Below are positions 18,527 through 28,535 of a stretch of 64,000 nt of DNA, in pieces. The notes under the pieces are model-generated. The model was not told the DNA's origin. It searched no databases and saw only the letters and a program-made list of their open reading frames with translations. Both the position numbers and the translations under genes were made by a program. The stretch's first letter is position 1, and the number at the start of each line of letters is the position of its first letter. The DNA lies in NCBI GenBank assembly GCA_035622275.1, contig DASPVQ010000020.1, positions 2,494 to 66,493 on the forward strand, written 5' to 3'. The DNA comes from Thermoplasmata archaeon (GTDB lineage: Archaea; Thermoplasmatota; Thermoplasmata; Lutacidiplasmatales; UBA184).

Positions 18527-21500
18527 ATGCAGCGTAGGGAGAGCCTCACCGGCGCCGCGATCGCGGTCGCCGTAGCGCTCGCGATGCTGCTGTCAGCGTC
18601 CGCGGGTCCTCTCATGGGTTCGGCCGCGGCGCCGGGCCCCTCGACGGTCTCCTCGGAGCGTGCGGACACATCCCCGCGGGCCACCCCCTCCCCTCGGGTC
18701 GGTACCGCTGCGCCGAACGCGGCGGCCGCGGGCGCCGACGGGCGGGGCGCGGTACCCTCGATCCCTCCGCTCGCCGCGCTGCATCTCGCGCCCGCGCCCG
18801 CCCAGGGTGCCGGAAGCGAGGTCCGAGCCGTCACGTATCTCGCGGCGGCCTCGCTGGCAACCTCCGCCGCGAACAGCTACGACCCTGAGGACTGGTTGGT
18901 CTCCCTCGGCGTCGCGATCGACGAGCCGCTGAACTTGGTGGGCACGATCACCAACACGACGTTCGGGCTCTGTCCCGACCATCTGATCGTGCCCGTGCCC
19001 TCCGCCCTCACCATCTGGGGAACACCGGCATCCGCCGCACTGGGTACGTCCGCGTTCTTCGAGTTCTTCCTGACCTCCTCGAACGTCCCCGCGACCACGT
19101 TGTTCGGCATCGTGGACAACGACACGGCCGAGATGATCTACTGGACGCCGAACCTGCAGATCGACGACACCACCTGCGGCACCCTCTTCGGCACGCCGTG
19201 GGGCTCGTCGACGGTCATCGATTCGCCCGCCGCGGTGACGATGGCGAACTCGGTCGGCGGGAGCGCGTTCCTCGCCTCCCACCCGGGAGCGAGCGAGCTG
19301 TGGGAGTTCGTCCCGGTCGAGCCGGCATTCGTCGCCGGCACGCTCTACAAGCAGCCCGCCGCCTGGGTGATCGAGTACGAGACGGGAGGCACCTGCGGGA
19401 TCTTCAACGCTCCCGGAGGCGGGCTCGAGTTCGAGGCAGAGATCGACGCGCTGACGGGTGCCGTTCTGTCGACTTATTCCGGCGCCTGCGGGCTCGAGCT
19501 GCCCGTCACGTTCGTCGAGACCGGGCTGCCGAGCGGGACCGTCTGGAGCGTTCAGACTCCCGACCAGACCAACTCCTCCGCGACGGACACGATCGGCTTT
19601 GCCTGGGAGAACGGGACCATAACCTACGGGATCGTCGGTGTCCCGGGGTACTCCGCGTCGCCGGCCTACGGGATGGTCGATGTGAACGGCGCGGCGATCC
19701 GCGTCACGATCGCGTTCGCTCCGGCGACCACCGAGCCGGTGACCTTCACCGAATCCGGGCTCCTCGCGAACGCTGGCTGGCTGGTCGAGCTGAACGACAC
19801 CTTCGAAGTCTCCTCGACCAACTCGATCTCGTTCTCCGAGCCCGCCGGAATCTACGCCTTCACGGTGTACGGCCCGGCGACCGGTTACCTGCTGAGCCCG
19901 ACGAACGGCAACGTGACGGTCTCCGGAGAACCGGCGTCGGTCCCGGTAGATTTCACCGCGCTCGCGTCCTACACGATCTCGTTCACCGAGACCGGTCTTC
20001 CCGCGGGGACCTGTTGGGGGGTCGAGGCGATCGGGCCGGACTTCCTCGTGTCGAGCTTCTCCACCAAGACCACCGTCAACGTCAGCGCCGGGAACGGGAC
20101 GTACGACTACCTGGGAGGCGCGTTCGCCCCCAACTACAACACGAGCGCGGCGTACCAGCACGTGACGGTCGCCGGATCCCCCGTTCCCGTGAGCGTGCCC
20201 TTCACCCCGCAGGCCCTGTACGCGGTGACGTTCACGGAGACCGGGCTCCCGAGCGGAACCCCGTGGATCGTCGGGAACAGCGAGTCGCTCCTCCTGGTGA
20301 ACTCCTCGAGCGGTTCGAGCATCGGTTTCCTCCTGCCGAACGGCTCGTTCCCCTTCGTCGTGGGACTCGTCTCGGCCTACGACCGTTCGCCGGCCAGTGG
20401 GACTCTCGCCATCGAGGGGTCCGCGATGTCGCAGATGGTCGCGTTCACGCGCAACGCCTCCGAGGCCGAGTACGGCGTGGCCTTCGTCGAGTCGAACCTC
20501 CCCGGCGGGACGGCCTGGAACGTCACGGTGGGGGTCGAAACGATCTCGACCACCACGTCCACGGTCGACTTCGAACTGATCAACGGATCGTACGCGTTCT
20601 CCGTCAGCTCGGTGCCCGGGTTCACCCGTAGTCCCTCGAGCGGCGACGTCGTGGTGGAGGGGGCGCCCGTTTCCCAATCGATCACGTTCTCCTCGACGTC
20701 GATCGTTCTCTACACCGTGACCTTCACCGAGACCGGTCTCCAGGCCGGAACCATGTGGTCGGTGATGCTCTCGATCGAGACCAACTTCTCGACGACGGCC
20801 AGCGTCACGTTCGCGGAAGGCGACGGATCGTACGCCTTCACCGTGACGAGCATCGCCGGCTACGAGGTCTCGCCCGCGACCGGAACCGTCGTCGTGGACA
20901 GCGCAGCGGCGATCGAGAGGATCACGTTCTCGCGCCTGTATTCCGCTTCGTTCCGCGAGTCGGGCCTGCCCGTCGGCACGGAATGGTCCGTCTCACTGAA
21001 CGGCTCGCTGAACTCCTCGACCATCGACCTGGTCGGCTTCAGCGTCCCGGCCGGCGACTACCCGTACTCGATCGCGTCGTTCGGCCGCTGGCTCCCGCAG
21101 CCCGCTCAGGGCAATCTGAACGTCTCGGGCCCGGGAGCGACGGTCGCGATCGCCTTCGTCTACGCCTACGAAGTCCTTTTCGATCGGCCCGGGGGAGTCC
21201 CGTCGGGGTCGGAGTGGTCGGTGATCCTGTCCGGCTCGGGCCTCCTCACGATCGCGCGCGCGCCGGCCGCGTCGCTCAGCCGGAGCTCGACGCTTCCCAC
21301 GATCTCGTTCGAGGAACCGAACGGTACCTACTCCTACACCGTGCTCGTGGCGTCCGATCCCAGCTACAGTGCGTCGGGCAGCGTCACGATCTCGGGCAAT
21401 TCGCCCGCCGTGACGCCACCCGTCCTGGCGGGTCCGGCCCCCGCGAGCAGCCCGCCGACGAACTACTGGATGTACACCGCCCTCGGAGCCATGGTCGTGG

Positions 21501-21586
21501 CGGTGATCCTCGGCATCGCCCTCGTTCTTATGCGTCGGGGGTCCCCGCCGCCCGACCCTCCGTACGACCCGGTCCGCCGTCGGTGA
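18527..21586 (+). CDS. large cell-surface glycoprotein with eight tandem ~95-aa 'FxExGLPxGTxWxV' repeats and a C-terminal TM anchor
   Basis: Signal peptide; about 20 N-x-S/T sequons; repeats begin VTFVETGLPSGTVWSV, ISFTETGLPAGTCWGV, VTFTETGLPSGTPWIV and so on; ends with a TM helix plus MRRGSPPPDPPYDPVRRR. Confidence 0.8.
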   Translation: MQRRESLTGAAIAVAVALAMLLSASAGPLMGSAAAPGPSTVSSERADTSPRATPSPRVGTAAPNAAAAGADGRGAVPSIPPLAALHLAPAPAQGAGSEVRAVTYLAAASLATSAANSYDPEDWLVSLGVAIDEPLNLVGTITNTTFGLCPDHLIVPVPSALTIWGTPASAALGTSAFFEFFLTSSNVPATTLFGIVDNDTAEMIYWTPNLQIDDTTCGTLFGTPWGSSTVIDSPAAVTMANSVGGSAFLASHPGASELWEFVPVEPAFVAGTLYKQPAAWVIEYETGGTCGIFNAPGGGLEFEAEIDALTGAVLSTYSGACGLELPVTFVETGLPSGTVWSVQTPDQTNSSATDTIGFAWENGTITYGIVGVPGYSASPAYGMVDVNGAAIRVTIAFAPATTEPVTFTESGLLANAGWLVELNDTFEVSSTNSISFSEPAGIYAFTVYGPATGYLLSPTNGNVTVSGEPASVPVDFTALASYTISFTETGLPAGTCWGVEAIGPDFLVSSFSTKTTVNVSAGNGTYDYLGGAFAPNYNTSAAYQHVTVAGSPVPVSVPFTPQALYAVTFTETGLPSGTPWIVGNSESLLLVNSSSGSSIGFLLPNGSFPFVVGLVSAYDRSPASGTLAIEGSAMSQMVAFTRNASEAEYGVAFVESNLPGGTAWNVTVGVETISTTTSTVDFELINGSYAFSVSSVPGFTRSPSSGDVVVEGAPVSQSITFSSTSIVLYTVTFTETGLQAGTMWSVMLSIETNFSTTASVTFAEGDGSYAFTVTSIAGYEVSPATGTVVVDSAAAIERITFSRLYSASFRESGLPVGTEWSVSLNGSLNSSTIDLVGFSVPAGDYPYSIASFGRWLPQPAQGNLNVSGPGATVAIAFVYAYEVLFDRPGGVPSGSEWSVILSGSGLLTIARAPAASLSRSSTLPTISFEEPNGTYSYTVLVASDPSYSASGSVTISGNSPAVTPPVLAGPAPASSPPTNYWMYTALGAMVVAVILGIALVLMRRGSPPPDPPYDPVRRR

Positions 21587-21685
21587 GCACGATCGGTGCC
21601 AGCCGGGGCGGCTCTCGGCGGCCGACGGACCTGGGCCGTGTTGGGCCCCGGTCACGTCTCGACACCTTCCGTCGGCGGGTCGGGC

Positions 21686-21697
21686 AGTTAAATTAGG
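21686..21697 (+). promoter_or_regulatory. TATA-like element (agttaaattagg) about 24 nt upstream of GTG 21716
   Basis: AT-rich element with leaderless spacing. Confidence 0.35.
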
Positions 21698-21715
21698 CGA
21701 CGGCGATTCCCGAGC

Positions 21716-23680
21716 GTGACGGGTACCCGTCGTCTCGCCGCCATCATGTTCACCGACATGGTCGGCTACACCGCCGCGACCCAGTCGGACGAGACGGGAG
21801 CGCTGCGCCGGCGCGCCGAGCAGGAGACCCTATTGCTGCCGGTCGTGGGGGAGCATGGCGGCCGCAAGGTGAAGTCCACCGGCGACGGCGTCCTGCTCGA
21901 GTTCGGTAGCGCGCTCAAGGCGACGCAGTGCGCGATCGAGATCCAGCGCCGGGTGCGGGAGCGTAACGCCCGCTCTGGCCAGACCCCGATCGAGATGCGG
22001 ATCGGCATCCATCTGGGCGACGTGGAGGTGCAGGACGGCGACATCTTCGGCGACGCCGTGAACCTCGCGGCGCGGGTCGAACCGCTGGCCGAGCCCGGCG
22101 GAGTCTGCCTCTCGGAGGAGGTCTTCTCCCAGGTCCGCAACAAGATTCCCGTCACGATGGAAAAGCTTCCCGCCCAGGACCTCAAGGGCGTCCGGTTCCC
22201 GGTCACGGTGTATCGGGTGCGGATGCCGTGGACCGCTCCCGATGGCCCGGCGAGCCCTGGCGACTCCCAGCGCCTGGCCGTGCTGCCGTTCGCGAACTTC
22301 AGCCCCGATCCCCACGACGAGTACTTCGCGGACGGGCTCACGGACGAGCTGATCACCGTGCTGGCCCAGCTGCAGAGCGTCCGCGTCGTCGCGCGCACGT
22401 CGGTCTTCCAGTACAAGGGGACCACGAAGACCGTCGCCCAGATCGGCTCCGAGCTCGACGTCGCGTCCGTGCTGGAAGGCAGCGTGCGCAAGTCGGACGG
22501 GCGCATCCGGGTGACCGCGCAGCTCATCGACGTGCGCACGCAGGATCACACCTGGGCGGAGTCCTACGACCGGAACCTCTCCGACGTTCTCGAGGTCCAG
22601 TCGGACGTGGCGAAGGAGGTCGCGAAGGCGCTCAAGGTCCGGATCCGGAGCCCCGACGCCCGGGGCCCGGAGGGCAATCGTCCGGTGCAGTCGGAGTCGT
22701 ATCTCGCGTATCTCCGGGGCCGCGCCCTGTTCCTGGAGTCCTTCTCGGAACCGAACCTCAAGGAGGCCCAGTGGCAGTTCGAACGGGCGGTGTCGCTCGA
22801 CCCCAGCAACGCCCGAGCCTACGCCGGGCTATCCGAGGCCACGCACCTCTTGGGCCTCTTCTACGGCCGCCGATCGAAGTCGGAGAACCTCCGCGCGGCG
22901 CGTCAATTCGCCGAGCGGGCCATCGAACTGGATCCGGGCCTGGCCGAGGGTCACAGCGCCCTCGGGCTGGTCCTCTACGACGACCTGGAGTGGGACGGGG
23001 CGGAGCAGGAGGCGCTGGTCGCGCTGGGGCTGAACCCGAGCTACTCGACCGCGCGCCTGTGGTATTCCCTCCTGCTCCAAGAGGAGGGCCGGGTCGACGA
23101 CGCCCTCTCCCAGATGCGAGAGGCGTACGCGTTGGATCCGCAGTCCCGGCAGATCTGCGGTCTGTACACCTTCCTGTTGCTGGTGCTCGAGAGGACCGCC
23201 GAAGTCGAGCCCGTCCTGGAGAAGCTCCGGAGCCTCGACCCGACCGGCCACGAATACCACATGTTCCGGGGCTGGACGCTCTACCTTCGGGGCGATGTCG
23301 ACGGCGCGTTCCGGGAGATCGCCCTGGGCGAGTCCTGTCCCGCCGATCGGCCCGGCGGCCGGGTCGGGGCCTCGTACGAGCGGGCCCAGCTGTACGCCCT
23401 GACCGGCCAGAAGGACCGGGCTCGCGCCCTGATCGCGGAGATTCCGCCCGCGCCCGAGCTGGCCCACCCTCTCATGGATCGGGCGATCACCTATGGGTAC
23501 TTGGGCGACCTCGACGAGTGCTTTCGGCTGCTGAACGAGCAGTACGACATCGGCCACGGAATGCCGCTCCAACGAGTCCGACTTGATCCGAGCCTCAAGG
23601 CGTTGCGCGCGGACTCTCGGTTCGCCGCGTTGCTCAAACTCACGAAGATCCCTGAGGCCTACCGCGGCACCGACCCCTGA
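21716..23680 (+). CDS. class III nucleotidyl cyclase – TolB-N-like – TPR protein
   Basis: MTGTRRLAAIMFTDMVGYT, KSTGDG, GDAVNLAARVE; LAVLPFANFSPDPHDEYFADGLTDELI; TPRs. Confidence 0.85.
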   Translation: MTGTRRLAAIMFTDMVGYTAATQSDETGALRRRAEQETLLLPVVGEHGGRKVKSTGDGVLLEFGSALKATQCAIEIQRRVRERNARSGQTPIEMRIGIHLGDVEVQDGDIFGDAVNLAARVEPLAEPGGVCLSEEVFSQVRNKIPVTMEKLPAQDLKGVRFPVTVYRVRMPWTAPDGPASPGDSQRLAVLPFANFSPDPHDEYFADGLTDELITVLAQLQSVRVVARTSVFQYKGTTKTVAQIGSELDVASVLEGSVRKSDGRIRVTAQLIDVRTQDHTWAESYDRNLSDVLEVQSDVAKEVAKALKVRIRSPDARGPEGNRPVQSESYLAYLRGRALFLESFSEPNLKEAQWQFERAVSLDPSNARAYAGLSEATHLLGLFYGRRSKSENLRAARQFAERAIELDPGLAEGHSALGLVLYDDLEWDGAEQEALVALGLNPSYSTARLWYSLLLQEEGRVDDALSQMREAYALDPQSRQICGLYTFLLLVLERTAEVEPVLEKLRSLDPTGHEYHMFRGWTLYLRGDVDGAFREIALGESCPADRPGGRVGASYERAQLYALTGQKDRARALIAEIPPAPELAHPLMDRAITYGYLGDLDECFRLLNEQYDIGHGMPLQRVRLDPSLKALRADSRFAALLKLTKIPEAYRGTDP

Positions 23681-23758
23681 GGTCCGGGTCGGACGGCGCG
23701 GGGTCCTATCGCCCGCGCCCGGGCGAGGACGCCCGACCCCGCATTCCACCCCGTCGCG

Positions 23759-24455
23759 CTAGGACCGACGGATCCGCTTCATCAGCGAGGCCGGGGTGCC
23801 GGAGAGCACCCTCGTGATCTTCGACTCCGGCACGCCAGCGCCGAGCGCGATGCGTCGGGCGAAGTTCCACGGAACGAGTTGATCCGGCGCGTGGGCGTCC
23901 GAGTCCACCACGAGCTCAGCACCGGCCTCTAGGGCCACGCGCACGACGTGCCCGTTGGTCAGCGCGTGCCCCCGGCGGGCGGAGATCTCGAGCACCACCC
24001 CGTTGGCCCTCGCGAGAGCGGCGTCGCGGGGCTCGAGCAGACCGGGGTGGGCGAGCACGTCGACCTCGCCGGATTCGAGGGCCGCGCGGTTGGTCCCCGG
24101 CGGCACGTGCTCGGCGATCGACTCTCCATGAACGATCACGATCTCGGCGCCGCTGGCCCGGGCCGCCCGGGCGGCCTCGGCGATGCGCCGGGGCGGTACC
24201 TTCGTCAGCTCCACGCCGACCACGGGCACGAACGCCCGGTCCTCCCAGGCACGGGCCTCCTGGTGGAGCCGGTCGAGGAGCGACCGGGGATCTTCGAGCG
24301 AGATGTGATCGGTGAGCGCGAGCGCGCGATGGGCGAGCGCCTCCGCCTCGTTCCACATGTCGGTCGCGGAGCTGGCGCCGTCCGAAAGGTACGAATGGGA
24401 GTGGAAGTCCGTCCGGAGCGGGGTCGAGTTCCGCGGGGACGTCGCTCGGTCCACG
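23759..24455 (-). CDS. PHP-domain (histidinol-phosphatase-like) metal-dependent phosphoesterase
   Basis: DFHSHS...DH...VHGESIAEHV...DSDAH motifs; GTG start chosen because CTAAAT lies about 25 nt upstream; the rest of ORF 23759..24940 is P/R-rich. Confidence 0.55.
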
Positions 24456-24671
24456 GCCGAGCGAGCCCGCGAGCGATTTAGCGGTTGGTGCTGACGGACC
24501 CCCGGGGCTGCGAGGGGCCACCGGACTTTCCACCGCGGACGCCGCCGGCGATCCGAACCACGGCACCCTAAGGGCGGGCCCCCATCTCCGGCACCACCTC
24601 GTCGCGGTGGGGTGGACTGGAGCCTGGCGGCCGCGCGAGCCGTCATCGACCCGGGCGCCCGATCTCCAGAA

Positions 24672-24679
24672 ACTATAAT
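24672..24679 (+). promoter_or_regulatory. TATA box (actataat) about 27 nt upstream of ATG 24703
   Basis: Only AT-rich octamer in the gap; spacing as at other genes. Confidence 0.4.
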
Positions 24680-24702
24680 CGAATCGGGGCCGTCGCGCCG
24701 AC

Positions 24703-26001
24703 ATGGCGACCAGGATCGAGGCCGATGTCCTGATTCCCGGAGCGGGAGATCCGATCCGGAACGGCTGCGTCGTGATGGAAGGGTCGAGCATCGTCTATGC
24801 CGGCCCTGTGGAGGGCTCGCCACGGGCCGGCTCGTCGGATACCACCGTCTCCGTGCCCGCGGTGCTCCCGGGCCTTTGGGATTGCCACACGCATTTCCTG
24901 GGAGTTCGCAACTTATCCACGCAGGAGCAGGTCTACACACCGTACAGCGTGGCCCTCGCCCGCACGGTCAAGGATGCCGAGAAGGCCCTGCGGGCGGGCG
25001 TCACGTCCGTGCGGGAGCTCGCGGGGACCGGGATCCACCTCCGTCGCGCGGTCGACGAAGGGACGATCCCCGGCCCGCACATCTATGCCTCGGGCACCCT
25101 CCTCAGTCCCACCGGCGGGCACGGGGACGCGCACGCGATGCCCATCGAGTTCGTCCACTACTGGGCCAACCTGCGCGAGGTCCCGGGCCCCTGCGACGGA
25201 GTCCCCGAGTGCCTGCGGGCCGTGCGCAAGGTGCTGCGGCTGGGGGCGTCCGTGGTGAAGATCTGCGCGTCCGGCGGCGTACTGAGCGACGTGGACGACC
25301 CCCGACACCAGCAGTTCTCGGACGAGGAGTTGCGGGCGATCGTCGAGGAGGCGGCCCGGGCGGAGCGCATCGTCGCGGCGCACGCGATCGGGAAGGCGGG
25401 GATCATGGCGGCGTTGAGGGCGGGCGTCAAGACGATCGAGCACGGTCACCACCTGGACGACGAGGCGGCCGATCTCATGATCGAGAAGGGGGCCATCCTG
25501 GTCCCGACCCTCTCGATCGTCGTGAACACGCTGGCGGCCGGTGAGAAGTCCGGGCTTCCCGACTTCCTGTTGCAGAAGGCGCGAGGGCTCAAGGACCAGA
25601 TCCGGGTCGCCCTGCGGTTGGCGGTCCGTCGTAAGGTCCCGATCGCGATGGGGTCGGACATCCTCGGCTCGAGCGAGGCCGCGCCGGTGTACTGGGGGGC
25701 CCACGGCCGGGAGCTGGCCCTGATGGTACACGAGATGGGCATGACGCCCTTCGAAGCGATCCGCTCGGCGACGGCGATCGCCCCGATGACGCTGGGCCCG
25801 CAGGCCCCGAAATCGGGCCAGCTCAAGGCCGGGTTTGCGGCCGACGTCATCGCCGTTGAGGAAGATCCCCTCCGGCGCATCGAGGTGCTGGGCGAGCCCG
25901 AGCGCATCCTGAAGGTCTGGAAGGACGGACAGTTGGCCGTGGACCGTTCCGTCCCGGCCGGCCCCTCGGCACGTCCGCGCTCGCGCAAGGGCCGAACGTA
26001 G
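24703..26001 (+). CDS. metal-dependent amidohydrolase (imidazolonepropionase-like superfamily)
   Basis: LWDCHTHF metal ligands, KICASGGV, AHAIG, EHG...D motifs across 432 aa. Confidence 0.8.
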   Translation: MATRIEADVLIPGAGDPIRNGCVVMEGSSIVYAGPVEGSPRAGSSDTTVSVPAVLPGLWDCHTHFLGVRNLSTQEQVYTPYSVALARTVKDAEKALRAGVTSVRELAGTGIHLRRAVDEGTIPGPHIYASGTLLSPTGGHGDAHAMPIEFVHYWANLREVPGPCDGVPECLRAVRKVLRLGASVVKICASGGVLSDVDDPRHQQFSDEELRAIVEEAARAERIVAAHAIGKAGIMAALRAGVKTIEHGHHLDDEAADLMIEKGAILVPTLSIVVNTLAAGEKSGLPDFLLQKARGLKDQIRVALRLAVRRKVPIAMGSDILGSSEAAPVYWGAHGRELALMVHEMGMTPFEAIRSATAIAPMTLGPQAPKSGQLKAGFAADVIAVEEDPLRRIEVLGEPERILKVWKDGQLAVDRSVPAGPSARPRSRKGRT

Positions 26002-26030
26002 GAACCGGGTCCTTCCGCGTCGAGCCCTGC

Positions 26031-26603
26031 ATGGACGGCTATCGCGGGACCACCCTGCGACGCGTGATCTGGTCCCGGGACCTCGAAGCCGTCCGGCCAC
26101 TGTTCGTGAACTACCGCCGCTGGCTCGCGGACCACCAGGATCCGGCGCGCTCGGCGAGATCGCGGGTCGCCGCCGGTCTCGCCGAGATCGACCGGCAGAT
26201 TTCCCAGCTTCCCGGAGAGTTCGAGCCGCCGCGGGGGGACGTCATCCTTGCCGCTGCCGAGAACGATATCGTGGCCCTGGGCGCGCTCCGGGAGCTAGCG
26301 CCGAAGCTGGGGGAGATCAAGCGCATCCACGTACGCGCGGACCATCGGGGACCGGAATTCGGCCCGATCCTCACGCGCGCGCTGCTCGAGCGCGCCGGGG
26401 AACTCGGTTGGGAGCGCGTTCGCGTCGACACCCTGCCCACGATGGAGGCCGCGATCCAGTTCTATCAGGACCTCGGTTTCCGCGCCATCGACGCCTACTG
26501 GCCACATCCGGCGGCCGGGGCGTTGTTCTTCGAGTGCCACCTGGCTCGGCGCCGCCGCCGACCGACCGCGCCGTCGGCTCACGCGCGGGGCGATTCCACT
26601 TGA
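26031..26603 (+). CDS. GNAT family N-acetyltransferase
   Basis: IHVRADHRGPEFGPILTRALLERAGELGWERV...FYQDLGF. Confidence 0.65.
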   Translation: MDGYRGTTLRRVIWSRDLEAVRPLFVNYRRWLADHQDPARSARSRVAAGLAEIDRQISQLPGEFEPPRGDVILAAAENDIVALGALRELAPKLGEIKRIHVRADHRGPEFGPILTRALLERAGELGWERVRVDTLPTMEAAIQFYQDLGFRAIDAYWPHPAAGALFFECHLARRRRRPTAPSAHARGDST

Positions 26604-26706
26604 CCGGCTCCGAAGACGACAAACCGGCCGGAGGCCGTGCCCGCCGCCCCGGTCGGCCGCGGGAACGATCGGACCCCTCCCGCGGGCCGCCGCCTCCGGC
26701 CCCTCG

Positions 26707-27117
26707 TCAGGCGAACTCGCCGACCGGCCGCAGGAACCGAAGCACGTACCCATCCGGGTCGTTCACCATGAACGCGGTGCCGTACGGCCGCTTCGACAGG
26801 CGGGATTCGATCGTGAATTTGGCCTTCCGTGCCTTCGCGTAGATCCTCTCGACCGCGCGCAACTCCACCGTCACGATGACCCCGGCGCCGAGGGGAGTGC
26901 TGACCCAGCGGGCGTAGTCGTCGTCGCGTCCCCGCATGCGATCCTCGGGGATCCGCCCCAGCGCGATCACGGCGTCTCCGATGCCGACGCCCGCGTAGGT
27001 CCGCTTGCCATCGTCGCCCTTCCACTCCCAGCGGAGGTCGAACCCCAACTGCTCGTAGAAGCGCACCGACCGGTCCACGTCTCGAACGTTGAACATGGCG
27101 CTCATTTCGGCCTTCAT
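26707..27117 (-). CDS. VOC/glyoxalase family protein
   Basis: FNVRDVDRSVRFYEQLGF...FMVNDPDGYVLRF; internal ATG (MKAEMSAMF). Confidence 0.7.
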   Translation of the reverse strand: MKAEMSAMFNVRDVDRSVRFYEQLGFDLRWEWKGDDGKRTYAGVGIGDAVIALGRIPEDRMRGRDDDYARWVSTPLGAGVIVTVELRAVERIYAKARKAKFTIESRLSKRPYGTAFMVNDPDGYVLRFLRPVGEFA

Positions 27118-27244
27118 AGCGTGTCCTCGAGCCGCCAACCCCGACGGCGTCATGTCGTTTCCACCCGCGCCCGCCGGACGGCGCCCGCCCTCGCGCGCAC
27201 CGGCCGCGCCGTCACCCACCCGGCGGCGGCAGGACCGACGCCGC

Positions 27245-27949
27245 TCACCGAGGAGGAGGTTGCCGGCCGACGCGACGGACCAGTCGTGCCGTGTACCCCG
27301 ACAGGGCCGCGAGCGGCCGGTTCGAGCGCTTCACCTGGGCCGTGAGACGGACCGCACGGGGCCGGTGTTCGATCCGGTCCACCACGAACCTCGACTCGAG
27401 CGGCTCGACCACCTCGCCCACGGAGAGCCGGTGCGGTGGCCCCCACGATCCCGATTCCTCCCGGCCCACCCAGAACAGGATCAGCACCCCGCCGGGGCGC
27501 AACACGCGGGCGAGTCCCTGCGCGTACTCCGCTCGCGTCCTCGGCGGCAGAGTCTGAAAGCATCCGACGTCGATGGCGCCACGGAACGAGCGACCCGGCA
27601 GCGCGCTCGCCAGGATGTCGTCGACGACGAACCGGACGTTCCGCCCGCTCGGCGTCCCTCGGGCCGCGGCGGCCGAGATGGCGCCGGGCGCGAGGTCGAT
27701 CCCGGTCACGCGAAACCCTCGCGATGCCATCCATAGGGCGTTCGTGCCGAGCCCGCATCCGACATCGAGCACGGGCCCGGGACCTACCAGGTCTCCTCGC
27801 TCCACCGCCCGCACGAGCGGCGGGTACGGTGCTCGGGTGAACCAGGGTAGATGTTGCAGTGGCGAGTTCGCATACAGGCGGGTCCACATCGCCCGATCCG
27901 CCGCGGGCATGCCGACCCGGGGGCGGGGGGCGCTCCGTCGCTGGACCAT
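27245..27949 (-). CDS. class I SAM-dependent methyltransferase (TPMT/TehB-like), paralog A
   Basis: VLDVGCGLGTNALWMASRGFRVTGIDLAPGAI...LRPGGVLILFWVGREE; start set by alignment with paralog 58380..59075 and AGCTATTCAT about 29 nt upstream. Confidence 0.7.
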   Translation of the reverse strand: MVQRRSAPRPRVGMPAADRAMWTRLYANSPLQHLPWFTRAPYPPLVRAVERGDLVGPGPVLDVGCGLGTNALWMASRGFRVTGIDLAPGAISAAAARGTPSGRNVRFVVDDILASALPGRSFRGAIDVGCFQTLPPRTRAEYAQGLARVLRPGGVLILFWVGREESGSWGPPHRLSVGEVVEPLESRFVVDRIEHRPRAVRLTAQVKRSNRPLAALSGYTARLVRRVGRQPPPR

Positions 27950-28535
27950 CGTCGTCGGCCAGCCGTGGGCCGCATGAATAGCTGATCGATGTGGACCACC
28001 GTGCTCCGGGGGACCGCACGTGCGAGGGAACGCCTCTCGCACCGCGCTCGGGGTGGTGACCGGGTACTCGCGTCGGGCCGGGGGCGCCGATAAGACCGAC
28101 TCGAGCAGGGGCGGTCTTATCGGCGCCCGGCGGTCGAGATCCGGTTCGAGCCCACCGGGAATCTCCGGCGTGTGCCCAACGAGATCTCGGACGGGCGTGG
28201 GTCGTGCGCTCCCGAGCTCGAGTGTTTTGCCGACCTTCCCGGCCCGGGCTCCGAGTCCGCGGACCCGCGGCCGGAAGGCTTGACGGTCGCCTTCACGGGA
28301 AGCGGCGACGCTCACGCCGCGACGCGATCGGGCGGGAGCCGGAAGCGAGGGAGACCACGTCAGCGCGCGCACGCCCCGCCCGGCCCCGGTCGTGAGCGCC
28401 GGCACGCCGGAGGGCGCGCCCGACGGGGCGCTCCCATTTCCCCAGGGAATCGCGGGTACGCGTGCGTCCTACTTTCGTTCCCCTATCCTCTCTTAACCGT
28501 CTCGGGATGTCGGGACTGCCTCTCCGAGTCGGAAG

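Noticed and set aside
18593-20677. 694-aa antisense ORF opposite the surface-repeat protein
   Set aside because: R/G/D-rich low complexity with no periodicity matching the sense-strand repeats.
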